In this document: in pieces, positions 1 to 12,600 of the stretch
How positions within the stretch are numbered: the stretch's first letter is position 1
How the letters are laid out: every line of letters starts with the position of its first letter
Assembly (NCBI RefSeq): GCF_964204645.1
Contig: NC_134025.1
Coordinates: forward strand, 4,278,001-4,342,000
Direction: 5' to 3'
Origin: Tubulanus polymorphus
Lineage: Eukaryota; Animalia; Nemertea
DNA length: 64,000 bases
Notes under the pieces: generated by a model
The model's input: the letters and a program-made list of their open reading frames with translations, nothing else
What the model was told of the DNA's origin: nothing
Databases searched by the model: none
Position numbers and translations under genes: made by a program

Positions 1-183
1 AAAATTTTAGATTTTGTTCTAGTGTCCATCCATGAGTGGAACATTCTGTTGAAAAGCAAATTAGGCTCTCAACTAGGCCACCTATGCAACCAACACAGAA
101 CGTCCCCACTCTTACAAGAAATCCTTCAATTTCCCATCGCTACAAAACTCGAATTCCTCAAAGCACTCAAAGTCCATTTTTAA
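1..183 (+). mobile_element. Probable 3' end of a non-LTR retrotransposon (CR1/L2-like) ORF2, truncated by the window edge
   Basis: Frame 1 reads KILDFVLVSIHEWNILL...EFLKALKVHF* (stop 181-183), resembling the 'SFxPxxIxEWNxL...FKxxLKxH' C-terminus of CR1/L2-group ORF2. Recognition by eye only. Confidence 0.4.
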
Positions 184-590
184 ACATACGAAAATGAAGG
201 TAATATATAACCATAAGAAGCAATATTAATGATATCAAACCAGTATAAAATCTTATTTATGCGATTTTTTTTCGTAAATCTCAATGTTCGGTGAAATGGC
301 GGTGCGCAGTGGGAGACCCCTTATGCGCGTAATCTCAAACTCAAGCGGGTACAGATCAGTCTTCAAGAAAGATATTCAAAAAATTTTAAAGCAGGCCTAA
401 ACTGCAAATAACCCTCTTTAACCTCTGTGAAAATTGGAAATATAGCTTCAAGATATACTTAGATATTTCAAAATTAATGAATATTGGGATTTCATTTACG
501 CGCGGTTAAGATATATGCGGTCCTTGGTTTCATATCGTTACTGTTCTCAATTGTTGCGTTCAAAAAATCCAAGAATTACCAACAAATATC

Positions 591-1280
591 AAATTTAAAT
601 TGGCCATCGATGGATCATTCTAACTAATATCTATATATTAGAACCATTTTGAATAGTCTAAAGTACACAAATAATGATTTAGAGTCGGGTCTTAGGTTTA
701 GTGACACCTATATATAATATACTAAACCTAAGACCCATAAACCTAAGACCCCCAAATATCTCGTCTTCGAACCATCTGAGCTGCTACTTCATGCGGTATC
801 GCAAAGAGGTTATGTTTGGCCACCTTTTATCTATTTTTTGTTTGTTTCCATGAAACCTTTTATTAGCAAAATAACTCGGAAAGTTATGAATGGATTTCTG
901 TAAAATAGGTTTACACATGAACAGTTGATTCCTCTAAAGTTAAAATGGTTCTAATATAGAGATATTAGTTAAAATGATCCATCGATGGCCTATTTAAATT
1001 TGGTTCATTTATCAGAGACGAGATATTTGGGGGTCTTAGGTTTAGTATATTATATATAGGTGTCATTAACCACAAGACCCCTTAACCTAAGACCCGACTC
1101 TAAAAGCATTTTGTGTACGTACTTTCAAAATGGTTCTAATATATAGATATTAGTTAAAATGATCCGTCGATGGCCTATTTAAATTTGGTTTATTTATCAG
1201 AGACGTGATATTTGAGGGTCTCAGGTTTAGTATATTATATATAGGTTTCACTAAACCAAACCTAACGGGTCTTGGGTTGT
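591..1280. repeat. ~185-bp repeat unit present as one inverted copy (~591-766) and ~1.8 tandem copies (~943-1280)
   Basis: aaatttaaattggccatcgatggatcatt...aaatatctcgtct (591-766) is the approximate reverse complement of 1015-1186; aaaatggttctaatata recurs at ~943 and ~1127. Confidence 0.85.
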
Positions 1281-1509
1281 GACACCTGGCCGGACGGCGT
1301 TTTCATGAGAATCTTTTGAAAAGGGCACTTGACAAATTCAAGGGGTCGCACGTGCTGCAGGTGCAACCCCCTGTATCCGGCCCTGCACACTATGCAAATT
1401 TCTCTGCGAAATCTGTAATCGCAGACGCTATGCGAATAAAATCGCATAGTGTGTTCAGGGCTTAAATACAATTGCGAGACCTAATTAAGCTTAGTTCCAA
1501 GTTGCTATA

Positions 1510-1760
1510 GGATTTAAGAAATGGCTGGCTGTTCACTAAGGCAAACCTGCAACCAATGTAACAATTTAGAACTAGTCTTAAGATGTAAATCCAAGTTGTT
1601 ATAAAAGATCACTTTGTAACAACTTAGAACTAGTCTTAAGAAAGATGTAAATCCAAACTTGTTAAAGATAACTTGGATTTAAGCAATGGATGGCTGTTCA
1701 CTAAGGCCAACTGCAACCAATGTATATACATGTAACAACTTGGGACTAATCTTAAGATTG
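1510..1760. repeat. Imperfect direct duplication (~80 bp)
   Basis: ggatttaag.aatgg.tggctgttcactaaggc.aa.ctgcaaccaatgta occurs at ~1510 and ~1675. Confidence 0.75.
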
Positions 1761-2632
1761 AAGGTTGCGTTTAAGACTTACTTAAGTTTGACTAAACATA
1801 AACCTCTGTTCTATGGTCTAAACTACAATGGATAACATCGGATCCAGAGTTTTGGAGGGAGTTGACATAAAAAAAAACTTGAGCGGATCACGTGATTGAA
1901 TCACCACAGATCGCGCTGAATAAACAACACAACACATTAATAAATGCATTTATTCAGGTTTACAAAATAGATTCTGGGATTTCAGTTTTTTGTGAACTTG
2001 TTCTACAACACCAGGGGCCAGTTGCATAGTCATGGCTTAGACTTCAGACCAAACTAAGACCAGTCTTACGATCTAAGACCACTTTTGGACTTAAGTCACG
2101 ACTGCAATCAGCCAGCTGTATACAATCTCTAATTCTATAAATGACAACCACGTTTTGATTGATGAGAGTTAAAATAAAAAATTAGTATTTATTTTATTAG
2201 AGATGAGATAGAAGCGATTGTGCAAGAGGTTTAGAGGTGATCGTGCAAGATATTTTATCAAAACATGGCTGTAACTGATAGGATTAAAGAACGGTGACAA
2301 TGACTGTTCTCAAGTTCATTCACAAACAGAAAATCTATCATACAATCATACTGGCAATCTGTTATCGCCATTGGTTATTTCAGGTCATCTGGCAATACGT
2401 CATCCCTGGTAGTTGGTAAATTGGTCATCCCTGGTCTTCTGCAGGTAATTGGTCATCTCCTAACAGGTTAAAACAAAATGTAGAATCATTAACGATACAA
2501 GCTGGTCAGCCAATCTAGTCTGGTAAGACGCAGCTCCAAACTCAAACAGTTACCGAGAAGCCGAAACCGAGTTGAACTAAAGACCCAACGTCACCTGACC
2601 TCCTTCAGAGCGGGCAATCTGTGATTGGATAG

Positions 2633-2795
2633 GGGGTCATTCATTTATTACGTACGCATTGGGAGAGGGGGGGTCAGTGCAATTGCGTATTGTAATGCTT
2701 AATGTATATGAAAAAATGGCCGATTTTGCGTACAGAGGGGGAAGGGGGGGTTGAAAATTTCATATCTTATGCGTACGTAATAAATGAATGATCCC
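2633..2795. mobile_element. MITE, PIF/Harbinger-like
   Basis: 27-bp TIR ggggtcattcatttattacgtacgcat / atgcgtacgtaataaatgaatgatccc (1 mismatch), flanked by 3-bp TAG duplications (2630-2632, 2796-2798). Confidence 0.85.
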
Positions 2796-2832
2796 TAGGA
2801 CTGATTGCCTCCTCAGGATGCACACTGCTACT

Positions 2833-2850
2833 GAGGAGGAGGCAGAACTA

Positions 2851-2885
<35 letters not shown>

Positions 2886-2966
2886 GGCGGCAGAACTAGA
2901 TGATGATGATGATGATGATGATGAGGCAGAACTAGATGATGATGATGATGATGATGATGAGGAGGC
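2833..2966. repeat. Compound (GAT)n microsatellite in three units punctuated by GAGGC(GGC)AGAACTA
   Basis: Directly visible; gives rise to spurious poly-D and poly-S ORFs. Confidence 0.95.
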
Positions 2967-5130
2967 ATCGATAAACATGTAATACATACCGTTAATGTGT
3001 GTAGCTGACTGGGAAAATCAGTTCTATATCAGATTCTACTTCTCCCCAGCAATGATTGACACTGAAATGAAAATAACAGATTCTTCAATTTATCAAATTC
3101 ATGAAATAAACTGTTGAAATTCTGTTGTCATACACATACCAGTTATCGTGTGGAGTTGAAAATGTTCAGGACCAGAATTCAGTTTATCTCCTAAAAGATT
3201 TAAACAAATTGGAGAATCATTAACTAAGAAATAAGTGTTTCAGATAAACTGTTATTGAATTAGTCTCTGTCAACATACGTCACATGTCTGAATAAACCAG
3301 TGGAATCGGTAGATTCATCCTGTACCGTTCACATTATAATGATGAACACTGAACTGAAAAAACAAGTTCTTAATGACATCAATTTATCAGATTCTATTAC
3401 AGGAAACCATGAAATATATTGATGGGGGAGTTGATACATGTTCAGGATCAGAATTCAGTTTATCTTCTAACAAACTACAACAAAATGTAGAATCATTATA
3501 CAGTTATTGAATTTGTCTCCTGCAAGTAACTGTATCCATCTTCAGCTCACTTCACACACAGCTATAGATCAGAGTTCCTTACAGCGACCACTGAATCAAC
3601 CTTATCGTAACAACTGAAATAATGATAACACATTCTATTTATGAATACGTATGAAGCACATCTGAAACCAAAGTGATAAAAAAAAGAAAGTTGTAAAATG
3701 TTTTCTGACGCAGTTTGATTTGTGTCAGATTATAAACTGGAGAAGTTTCACTCATTGTTTCAGTCTAATAGAGTTATAACTGATGTACATGTAACACTGA
3801 CTGTGTAACACTGCAGTCATTTATTCACTTATTCCTCCTCAGTTTGAAGAATGTTTGTTCTCTCATCTTCATTAGCGATAAGAATCATTCTCATCCGTGT
3901 AACTACAACATCGTAACATTTCTACTTATTCAATCATAGAGGGAATGAGTAGTATGGCGCTTGGGTATGGAATGGGAAAGGGTATGGGAGTTGACACGTT
4001 AGGGTAGGATAGGACATTGTGATAAGGTAAGATCAGGTTGGATGATGCAGGGTTGTTTGATATGGCTGGATTAGATGATCAGTTTGATATAGAACTGTTT
4101 GAGGTGGGTGTATGTGGTAGTGTACGATGTATAGTTAGGGAGGTGTATGATAACGGATTGAAAGGTTACTGGTAGAGGGCGGTACAGGTGTGATGCTGGT
4201 ATGGTATGTATAGGTTGGGGCGGTGTGTGTAGTGTTAAGGATAGGGTAAGGTACAGTTAGAGTATATGAAAGTCTAAGTTTGGGTAATGTGGGGTCAGGA
4301 TGTTCGGTGTTGTTGAGGTGAGGTCGGGGGTGGTGTCTGTGGAAGGTTGGGAGGTACGTGATGTGATATAAGGGGTGGAGCTAGGACAGTACGGGGTGTG
4401 ATGAGTGATTGATGGGATCGGTCCATCTGTCCATCACCTCCAGGCCGCTCCCTTTAGACATCTCAATGCTTCTCCAACCCTCCCAATCCCTCAAACTACT
4501 CCTTAATTCCATGTGAAATACTAGGAGACGATACCTGCAAGATATTGAATATTAAGACACCATCAAAACAATGATAAATCAGTAACAGTATTTTACATGT
4601 GTGTCACATGATTCATTTTAACAAGTTGATGATTCATGAAGCAAATGACGGCAAAATCTTCTGATTCACAAATATCTGAATAGTTTATACCCGACTACAA
4701 GCTTTACAAATAGCAAACTGATGAGACTCTGAACCCACAATAAAATTCAAGATTTTCTGTGAATTATTTCTTATACATATCACGTTACGCGCAGTGATAC
4801 ATGAAACTCAGCCTCTCTCACTCTCACTCACTCACTCACTCTCATTACCTTTCTTATTTGCCATTTTTTGCAAACATTTTTAAGCACGTGAGGTAGGAAT
4901 AGACCACTGCCCGCACTCTAAGCCAGCAGTGGACTACCCTTCGGAACCCACTTTTGTGCTTGGTGGCTTTAAGCTCACCTTTTTTGAGTCGAGGTAGGAA
5001 TAGACCCCTGCCCGCCATCTAGGCCAGCAGGACACTAAACCTTCGAATTGCTCTCGGACCCCACTCTTTATATTTTTTCTTTTTTTTGAGTCGAGGTAGG
5101 GACTCTTTTCATGTTCTTTCTTTTTCTTAT

Positions 5131-5132
<2 letters not shown>

Positions 5133-5175
<43 letters not shown>
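5133..5175. repeat. (CT)n microsatellite
   Basis: Directly visible. Confidence 0.95.
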
Positions 5176-5896
5176 CTTGCTATGTATCAGTAGCACCCAG
5201 CAGTAAGTGTATATATATATAGGAAATATAGTAATTGAACTGGGTTTAAATCCATCTCAATCAGTGCTTTTAAAACCAGTAGTAAAAGGCAGCAGTTCAC
5301 TATAGTCGATCACAATCATATCATTGTTTGATGATATTGTTTAATTGCAGTGACATTTGTTCCATGAAACAAGTTTCAATTTCTAAATGAATTGATGAAT
5401 TCAATTCTAAATAGCATCATTCTCCATGTACCTCATATAGAGATTTTGGAATGGTAAGCGCGGGAAGGAGGTAAAGAAGGTAATGCCAGTCTGGACCGGA
5501 CCACTTTCTCTGAATCACATTAGCCTACCCCAACATCACCCAGGCTGTACTGTCCTATCACCATCCATGTCACCATTTCCAGACATATATACCAGACGAA
5601 ATAAGACAAAAACAGAATTCTATCTGGAGATTTCTATCTAAAGAAGTTATTGGGGGGGGGGGGAACTTTCTCCTGGTGAGTGAAACGCTAAGAGCATCAC
5701 TCACCATTGTTCAAAGCACAAACTGTGGCTCCATCTATTACCCCCTACGTAATCAATGACTCATGAAATGAGTCCGACTCTAATCAAATAATCCTAGGTC
5801 AACTGGATCATACGGATCAGACCTGAATCCATTTTTCCAAATTTGCCACTCAGTCTTTTTGATTTTTGGTTCTAACTGATTTTGCTTCTAACAATA

Positions 5897-6160
5897 ATCT
5901 AACAGCCTAAGACCAGTCTACGCTCATTTTGGTTCTATAGCCAATCTAACAACTTAAGACCAGTCTAAACTCATTTTGGTTCAATAGCCAATCTAACAAC
6001 AACTTAAGACCAGTCTAAACTCATTTTGGTTCTATAGCCAATCTTACAACTTAAGACCAGGCTAAGACCATTTAAGCTCTTTAGCTAATCTTACAACTTA
6101 AGATTAGGCAAAGACCATTTAAGTTCTTTAGCCAATCTAACAAGACTGGTCTAACGATTT
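5897..6160. repeat. ~47-bp tandem minisatellite, about 4 good copies then degenerate
   Basis: gaccag recurs at 5911, 5958, 6008 and 6055; unit aacaacttaagaccagtctaaactcattttggttctatagccaatct. Confidence 0.9.
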
Positions 6161-6736
6161 TAAAAGCCCATTTTCTTAGGTATAACTCAAAAAATAATTT
6201 TCCAAATTTGCCACTTGGACACTTGACATGGATAAATTCTACTGAATTCACCCTCACCTCAACAACACCAAACATCCTGACCCCGCATTACCCAAACTTA
6301 CACTTTCATATTCCTCTAACTGTACCTTTAGCCTTAACACTCTACACACACCGCCCCCTACCTTATACATACCATACCAACATCACTACTACACATCCTC
6401 ACTCGCCAGGGTCTGGTTGCCTACCGCTGAAACTCACAAACACTGATCAAACTTGCAACTGCGTGGCTCATGCCAGTCGCTAGGTCCATAGCGCGTACAT
6501 CGACAGCAACTGAGATGTGTTATCTAGCAAATATTCTCAAGGGGATCTTAAGTCATGTGACTCATTGCTTTGTTTTAGTCAGTTACAACCATGTGTTTTT
6601 GATTATAGAGTGTTCACATCGCCGGATATGACAGTAACTGAGTATAACTAGTTGCTCCAAAGTTGAACATGGGCAACTGGCTAGAACTGGAGATAGATGG
6701 ACACTAGTCACTGTGTCAATGTAGGCTAGGCTTTAG

Positions 6737-7185
6737 ACCACTGCCGGAGGTCGGGCGGGTGGAGAGTGGGTTGCCGTGTGGGCAGACAGGTCACTGCCGG
6801 AGGTCGGGCGGGTGGAGAGTGGGTGGGTTGCCATGTGGGCAGACAGGTCACTGCCAGGGGTCGGGCGGGTGGAGAGTGGGTGGGTTGTCGTGTGGGCAGA
6901 CAGGTCACTGCCAGGGGTCGGGTGGGTGGAGAGTGGGTGGGTTGTCGTGTGGGCAGACAGGTCACTGCCAGGGGTCGGGTGGGTGGAGAGTGGGTGGGTT
7001 GCCGTGTGGGCAGACAGGTCACTGCCAGGGGTCGGGCGGGTGGAGAGTGGGTGTGTTGCCGTGAGGGCACACAGGTCACTGCCAGGGGTCGGGCTGGTGG
7101 AGAGTGGGTGGGTTGCCATGTGGGCAGACAAGTCACTGCCAGGGGTCGGGCAGGTGGAGAATGGGTGGGTTGCCGTGTGGGCAGA
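6737..7185. repeat. G-rich 57-bp minisatellite, about 8 copies
   Basis: caggtcactgcc at 6844, 6901, 6958, 7015; 19-aa periodicity in the overlapping ORFs. Confidence 0.95.
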
Positions 7186-7436
7186 GACAAGTCAGAGCCA
7201 GGTCACATGATTAGACATTGACACTTGACCTGTGGAGGAACTCAGACAAAGACAATGATTTCCTGTGATGTTGTTTTCCCGATCCGGAACTCCGTATTCT
7301 CCGGTGCTGACATCAACTTATCCTTTATCAAAGTTTATTGAAGGATATTCGCCAACAGTAAAACATGTGACTGGCATCACTGGTAGTCGATAAGAGGGTC
7401 CAACAAGAAAATGTAGGCCTATATTTCCATAATTCT

Positions 7437-7530
7437 CATTGGCCGGATAATTCCTCTGTTATCATTGGCTGGATAATCCCTCTGTTTTCATTGGCTGGAA
7501 AATTCCTCTGTTTTCATTGGCTGGTTATTC
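7437..7530. repeat. 26-bp tandem repeat x4, each unit containing ATTGG (inverted CCAAT)
   Basis: cattgg(c/t)ggataattcctctgtt units. Confidence 0.85.
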
Positions 7531-8469
7531 CTTGTATTACAATAGACCGATGGATAAAGTTGCAGTCAGCGTTTGTGTCGTCGTGAGCTTCAACAGGAAG
7601 CAACCCGAGCCATGGTGAGTGAGATGCTCTGTACCGCCATCTACCAGCAACCTTTCAATCCATTATCATACACCCTCCGAACATACACACCGTACACTAC
7701 CACATACATCACTTACCCCCAAACAGTTCTATATCATACTGATTATCAAATCCAACCACATCAAATAACCCTGCATCACCCAACCGACCTTACCTCATCA
7801 CATTACCCTATCCTACCCTAACTGTCACCTACACCATACCCTGTCCCATTCCATACCCAAACCTCATACCACTCATTCCCTCTATGATTGAATAGAAGTA
7901 GAAATGTTGCGATGTTGTAGTTACACGGATGAGAATGATTCTCATCGCTAATGAAGATGAGAGAACAAACATTCTTAAAACTGAGGAGGAATAAGTGAAT
8001 AAATGACTGCAGTGTTACACAGTCAATGTTACATGTACATCAGTTATAACTCTATTAGACTGAAACAATGAGTGAAACTTCTACAGTTACAATCTGACAC
8101 AAATCAAACTGCGTCAGAAAACATTTTACAACTTTCTATTTTTCTATCACTTTGGTTTCAGATGTGCTTCATACGTATTCATAAATAGAATGTGTTATCA
8201 TTATTTCAGTTGTTACGATAAGGTTGATTCAGTGGTCGCTGTAAGGAACTCTGATCTATAGCTGTGTGTGAAGTGAGCTGAAGATGGATACAGATACTTG
8301 CTGGAGACAAATTCAATAACCGTTATAATGAATCTACATTTTGTTTTAGTCTGTTAGGAAATAAACTAAATTCTGGTCCTGAACATCTTCAACTCCTCCA
8401 TCAATAAGTGGTATGAATGAAGACGTAATTCTAAAACTACTTATCTTATCTCTCCTGTGATTCATTCAG

Positions 8470-8549
8470 CTGCTCCTATGATACTCCTACTGCTCCTACG
8501 ATACTCCTGATGCTCATATGATACTCCTGCTGCTCCTACGATACTCCTA
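8470..8549. repeat. 20-bp tandem repeat x4
   Basis: ctgctccta(t/c)gatactcct(a/g) units. Confidence 0.9.
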
Positions 8550-9394
8550 CAGCATTGCTCTTGACTCAATCTTATTTCATACCACAGTAAACAGGAATTA
8601 TACCTGAAATAAAGAATATTAGATTTCAATGTGGTATCTGTTGATTGTAGACTATTCACAGATATCAGTTACACAATTGAATGAATGAGACAAACCTCTT
8701 CTAAAAGATGATTAATAGATCTCAACCTAGTTACAGTCAGTGACGGGGGGGGGGGGGGAGGGGGCAGTTTATATTGTTGTTTTTAACTGATTCGAACTGA
8801 CCGTTGAAGGAAGGATCGATTGATGAAATCTGTTGTTTGTAACAATAAGAAAAGGGATTGTACTTATGACTGGTAATATTCATCACAATATAATCTGTAA
8901 AAAGTAATAACAATGTTTTAGTTAATAATCACAACTAGGTTACTGTTACTGTTACTGTCGAAGACATCGATCTTCAAAAACAACAACTTGAAACTTTTAG
9001 CGGATTGATTGCATTTGCTGTTTCATATTATTTGTTTTGAACAAGCAGGTCACATGTAACTAATTCAACAGTTTGATCTAAGTGTGTTTGAATAATTATT
9101 GTAGGATCACTCGGACATTTTCTCCCTCCTCTACGTGACGTACAGAGCACAGCATAGCACAGCACAGGTCAGTCACTGAGTCAGCAGAGGCGAGGACGTG
9201 CGGACCACCGAACCGTGACGACACACGTGACCTACCTCAAATACGACTTAGAATATTGTTTGGCGGCGGGTCTCAGGTCAGTTCTAGAGACAGTGTTTAT
9301 TGTACCTGCATCTCAGGGGTTTATACCGAACTGTTAACATAAGACATAGATATAATTCGAGGATAAAAAACTGGAAAAATTCCAAGTCTTACCA

Positions 9395-9545
9395 AATTTC
9401 AATATGGCGGGTCACGACTCCACACCGGAAGTGAGGACTCGCGGATTTGTGCGTTAGTCTGAGCTGTATAGGGGCAGCACTTAACGGTTAAGATTTCAAA
9501 CGATGTGTTCTCGTCACTCAAGGTCAATGGACCCGGAAATAAATT
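9395..9545. promoter_or_regulatory. Putative CpG-containing promoter upstream of HAP2
   Basis: YY1-like AATATGGCGG (~9401), ETS-like CCGGAAGT (~9425) and CCGGAAAT (~9533) just 5' of the inferred HAP2 start. Confidence 0.4.
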
Positions 9546-9613
9546 CAAATCTACTTTCAAGTTCCATATTTTTTTATTTTGACACGATGGAGCCCTAAAT
9601 TCTCTTGACAGCG

Positions 9614-12600
9614 ATGGTTTTACATAGCATGTAAATATGCCCCTAAATATGTTTCTGATTGACGAATCGTTTCACTGTTTCAAGATCCAAAATCGTCCAG
9701 TTGTTATTGGACATTAACAACAATTCCAGACTGTGTTTGGGGCCTCTGCCTCTGCCCTGGAAGTTGGCATTTCTTTGTTTTGTTGGACGTTGTTGAGTCC
9801 GGCGTTAAATGTGATCAAATTTAAAAAGATGAGCCGTCATTCATTTCAGATTTTTTATTTACCTCTTTGTCTGCCTTCACGTGTTATTCATACGTAGCAA
9901 GTTTGTGATTAGTGACAATAATGAGCTGAAAACGCGTATGAGAGTAACAGCTGATTTGATGCCGTGTCACATGCCAGAAAATTATACATTTTCAATGAAA
10001 ACATGTGTACAAAAACTACAAGTGACTGTGAATATTCTCAATCGTGGACAGGTATCACTTGATTTAAGTCATAAGATGTGATGCAACTCTTCTGCCATCT
10101 CATATTGTCATAGTACTCATAGATTGATTTCTCATTCAGATTGTGGATAATGATCATTATATCAAAATAGACAAAGTACACGATCGGCAGTTTCATGAAG
10201 ATGTGATGCTGTATGAACCAGTTGTAATCAAAGTTCATCAACAACCTGTTTCATTTATCTATCCATTTTTCCACCAGTATGTAAGTACATGTGGTTAATC
10301 GTTGCCTAGACCAACTCAAACGGCTAACATCTGACAATGTTTGGACGTACCTCGTATCTTTTACAGAATGTGAATAATAAACCGTATGAAATGATTATCA
10401 CTAAAGACAATCTTCAGGGATATTTGGGTTGTAATGACAACACGCTTCCGCATCTTTGTGCATTTAAAGACCCAGAGAAAAAGGTACCTTGAAGCCAAAT
10501 TATCCCTTATGGTAAAAACATTGATTTGTAATACATCTCTTTGCTGACACAGGGTTTTTGTTGTCCGTGTTCTACTGATATATACCACACGCGAGGAGGG
10601 CAAGATTGTAAGAATTTAGAAACACCTGATGGTTTGGATGATTCATATCACGCCAGTGCTCATTGCCTCAAATTCCATCCAGTTTGGTTAGTTCAAACTC
10701 TCTCACGAAAGAACGAAATACCATGCACTTTCGTTTTGTTTGAAATTATCGATGAATTTAGATTTTTGTTTTTTACAGGTATTCGGTGCATGACCTACAA
10801 AATCCTTACCTTGAACATAACATCAAACTACATGCGTACACAATAAATTCACTAAGTGACAAGTGGGTGTCTCTTAACGCTAATTTAGATATATTGGTCG
10901 GCGCACAGAATGTTGATGTAACTGATATTACAAATCAGGTAGTTTTATATCTTTTCATTTCATGGATGAACTGCCTTTGATATTTTGAGAATTATACTTA
11001 TTTCAATTCATCCAATTGCCTTATGATGATCATAATATAAAAAGATAAACCCAATTTTAGTACAACGTCTAATGAATATCTTTCTTTCAGGTTCTTGTTA
11101 GTTACACTGGATTCTCATTCAGTCCAGAGTTGCTACCGATAAATCACATCAGAAAATATTTACTTATTCCGGAATTGAACCCTGAGGTTCCCCTTGATGA
11201 AGACCCACTTCAAATGAAAGTCAGTTTCCCTAATGTGGATGAATAAATACCAGGGTATATTAAATACTAAACAATAAACATGATATGTGAATTTTTTTTT
11301 CAGGGAGGGCCAGGAGAATATTTAGTGTTAGACAAAGATTTATTTTCATTCTCTGGTGATCAATGTAATGCTATAGGCGTTTCACACTCTGCATTTGTAA
11401 ACCAGAATCAATCATGTCTCCATTCTGCACAGAGGTATTTAGTAGATGTAGTTCTTTTCCAATCTTCATCGTGAAACTATAACAAAAAGATTTATTTGCA
11501 AAATCTATGATTTTTCCCCAGCTGTCTCCATAATCAGCCAATGGATTATTGGCTCGAAGATGTAGAAAATACGATCTTAAAACAGAAAGGGCAGTATTTT
11601 TTGAAGAACTTTGGAAACCTGACAGCCGATCCTATCAGAATGCATTCATTAACAAGACAGACATTTTTGGCGATGAAATATTTAGGTGAACACAAAAGTC
11701 AATTACGAATAGAAATAAATGCAGATAGAATACTAGCTTTACATCGAGGGTAAGTATCAATTTCAATCGTTTACATGTCATATGAAGTGTGTTGGGATAA
11801 ATCTAAGATAATAGGATCAATTTCAGACTTCACGGACAAATAACATCGGTGACTATTGCACCAAAACTGAACTCTACACAGTTTACAGTTGATATAATGA
11901 ATCGTGGATTAGTGTCTTCAACGTTTATTGTTCGTTTGAGTCATTGTACAAATGATATCAATATTAGCGAAGAGCATGTATCTCATGTCCAACCACAGAA
12001 ATCTACACCTTATATTCTAACACTGACAGAATCAACACTGGATAAGACTGATGTTCATTGCAGCGGTAAGACATCATATTGATGTTTTTGGTCTTTTGTT
12101 AATTGTAGAGTATTTCCTTTAATTGTTTGTTTCATTTTGAAGTGTTTCTGTTAAATCATGATAGAAGAATAATAGCTGAACGTCATATACGTTTTATACC
12201 TGGTGAGATGTGTATATGTGATGGATTCTGCGCTTGTAAGGTAATGCTCGTGTTTCCTTTTACATGTATCACTAAATGCATCAATAAGTACATCCTTAAT
12301 CCGTAATCAAATTTCCATTGTCAGTGTCTGAATGAAGACATGGTGTGCACACAACTCGCAATGGATAAATATCATCTAGCTGGATTTAGAGGACCAATGC
12401 CTAACCTAATATTGCCAGAAACTGGTGTTAATCCTGCAGTTTTCCTTGCATGCTTGCTTTTGGTTGTCCTATGGTTTGGTAAGTTCATGATTCTATTACT
12501 CAGCCAAGTTGACTCACGTGAATATTTTTATGCACGTTAAGAAATTTTCAGGCATCGTAAAAGCTGTGATTGGTGCAGCAGTTTCAACCAGAGTAGCTCG

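Larger units (their letters stand above)
6394..7628. mobile_element. Non-autonomous TIR element (~1.2 kb) inserted into the right arm of the inverted duplication
   Basis: Imperfect ~70-bp TIRs: catcctcactcgccagggtctggttgcctaccgctgaaactcac versus the reverse complement of the right end catctcactcaccatggctcgggttgcttcctgttgaagctcac. The flanks are contiguous in the left arm (~4187-4190). Confidence 0.7.
3415..8410. repeat. Long inverted duplication: left arm ~3415-4325; right arm split into ~6250-6386 and ~7629-8410
   Basis: ~3480-3950 is near-identical to the reverse complement of ~7870-8345; 3960-4187 matches 7629-7860 and 4190-4325 matches 6250-6386 with more mismatches. Confidence 0.9.

Noticed and set aside
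2760-2987. Poly-Asp and poly-Ser ORFs
   Set aside because: Translations of a (GAT)n microsatellite; the plus-strand start codon lies inside a MITE terminus.
5897-6160. CRISPR-like regularly spaced repeats
   Set aside because: Units are head-to-tail with no unique spacers, there are no cas genes, and the context is eukaryotic.
6726-7221. Five overlapping 100-154 aa ORFs
   Set aside because: They are by-products of a stop-poor 57-bp G-rich minisatellite that is open in most frames.
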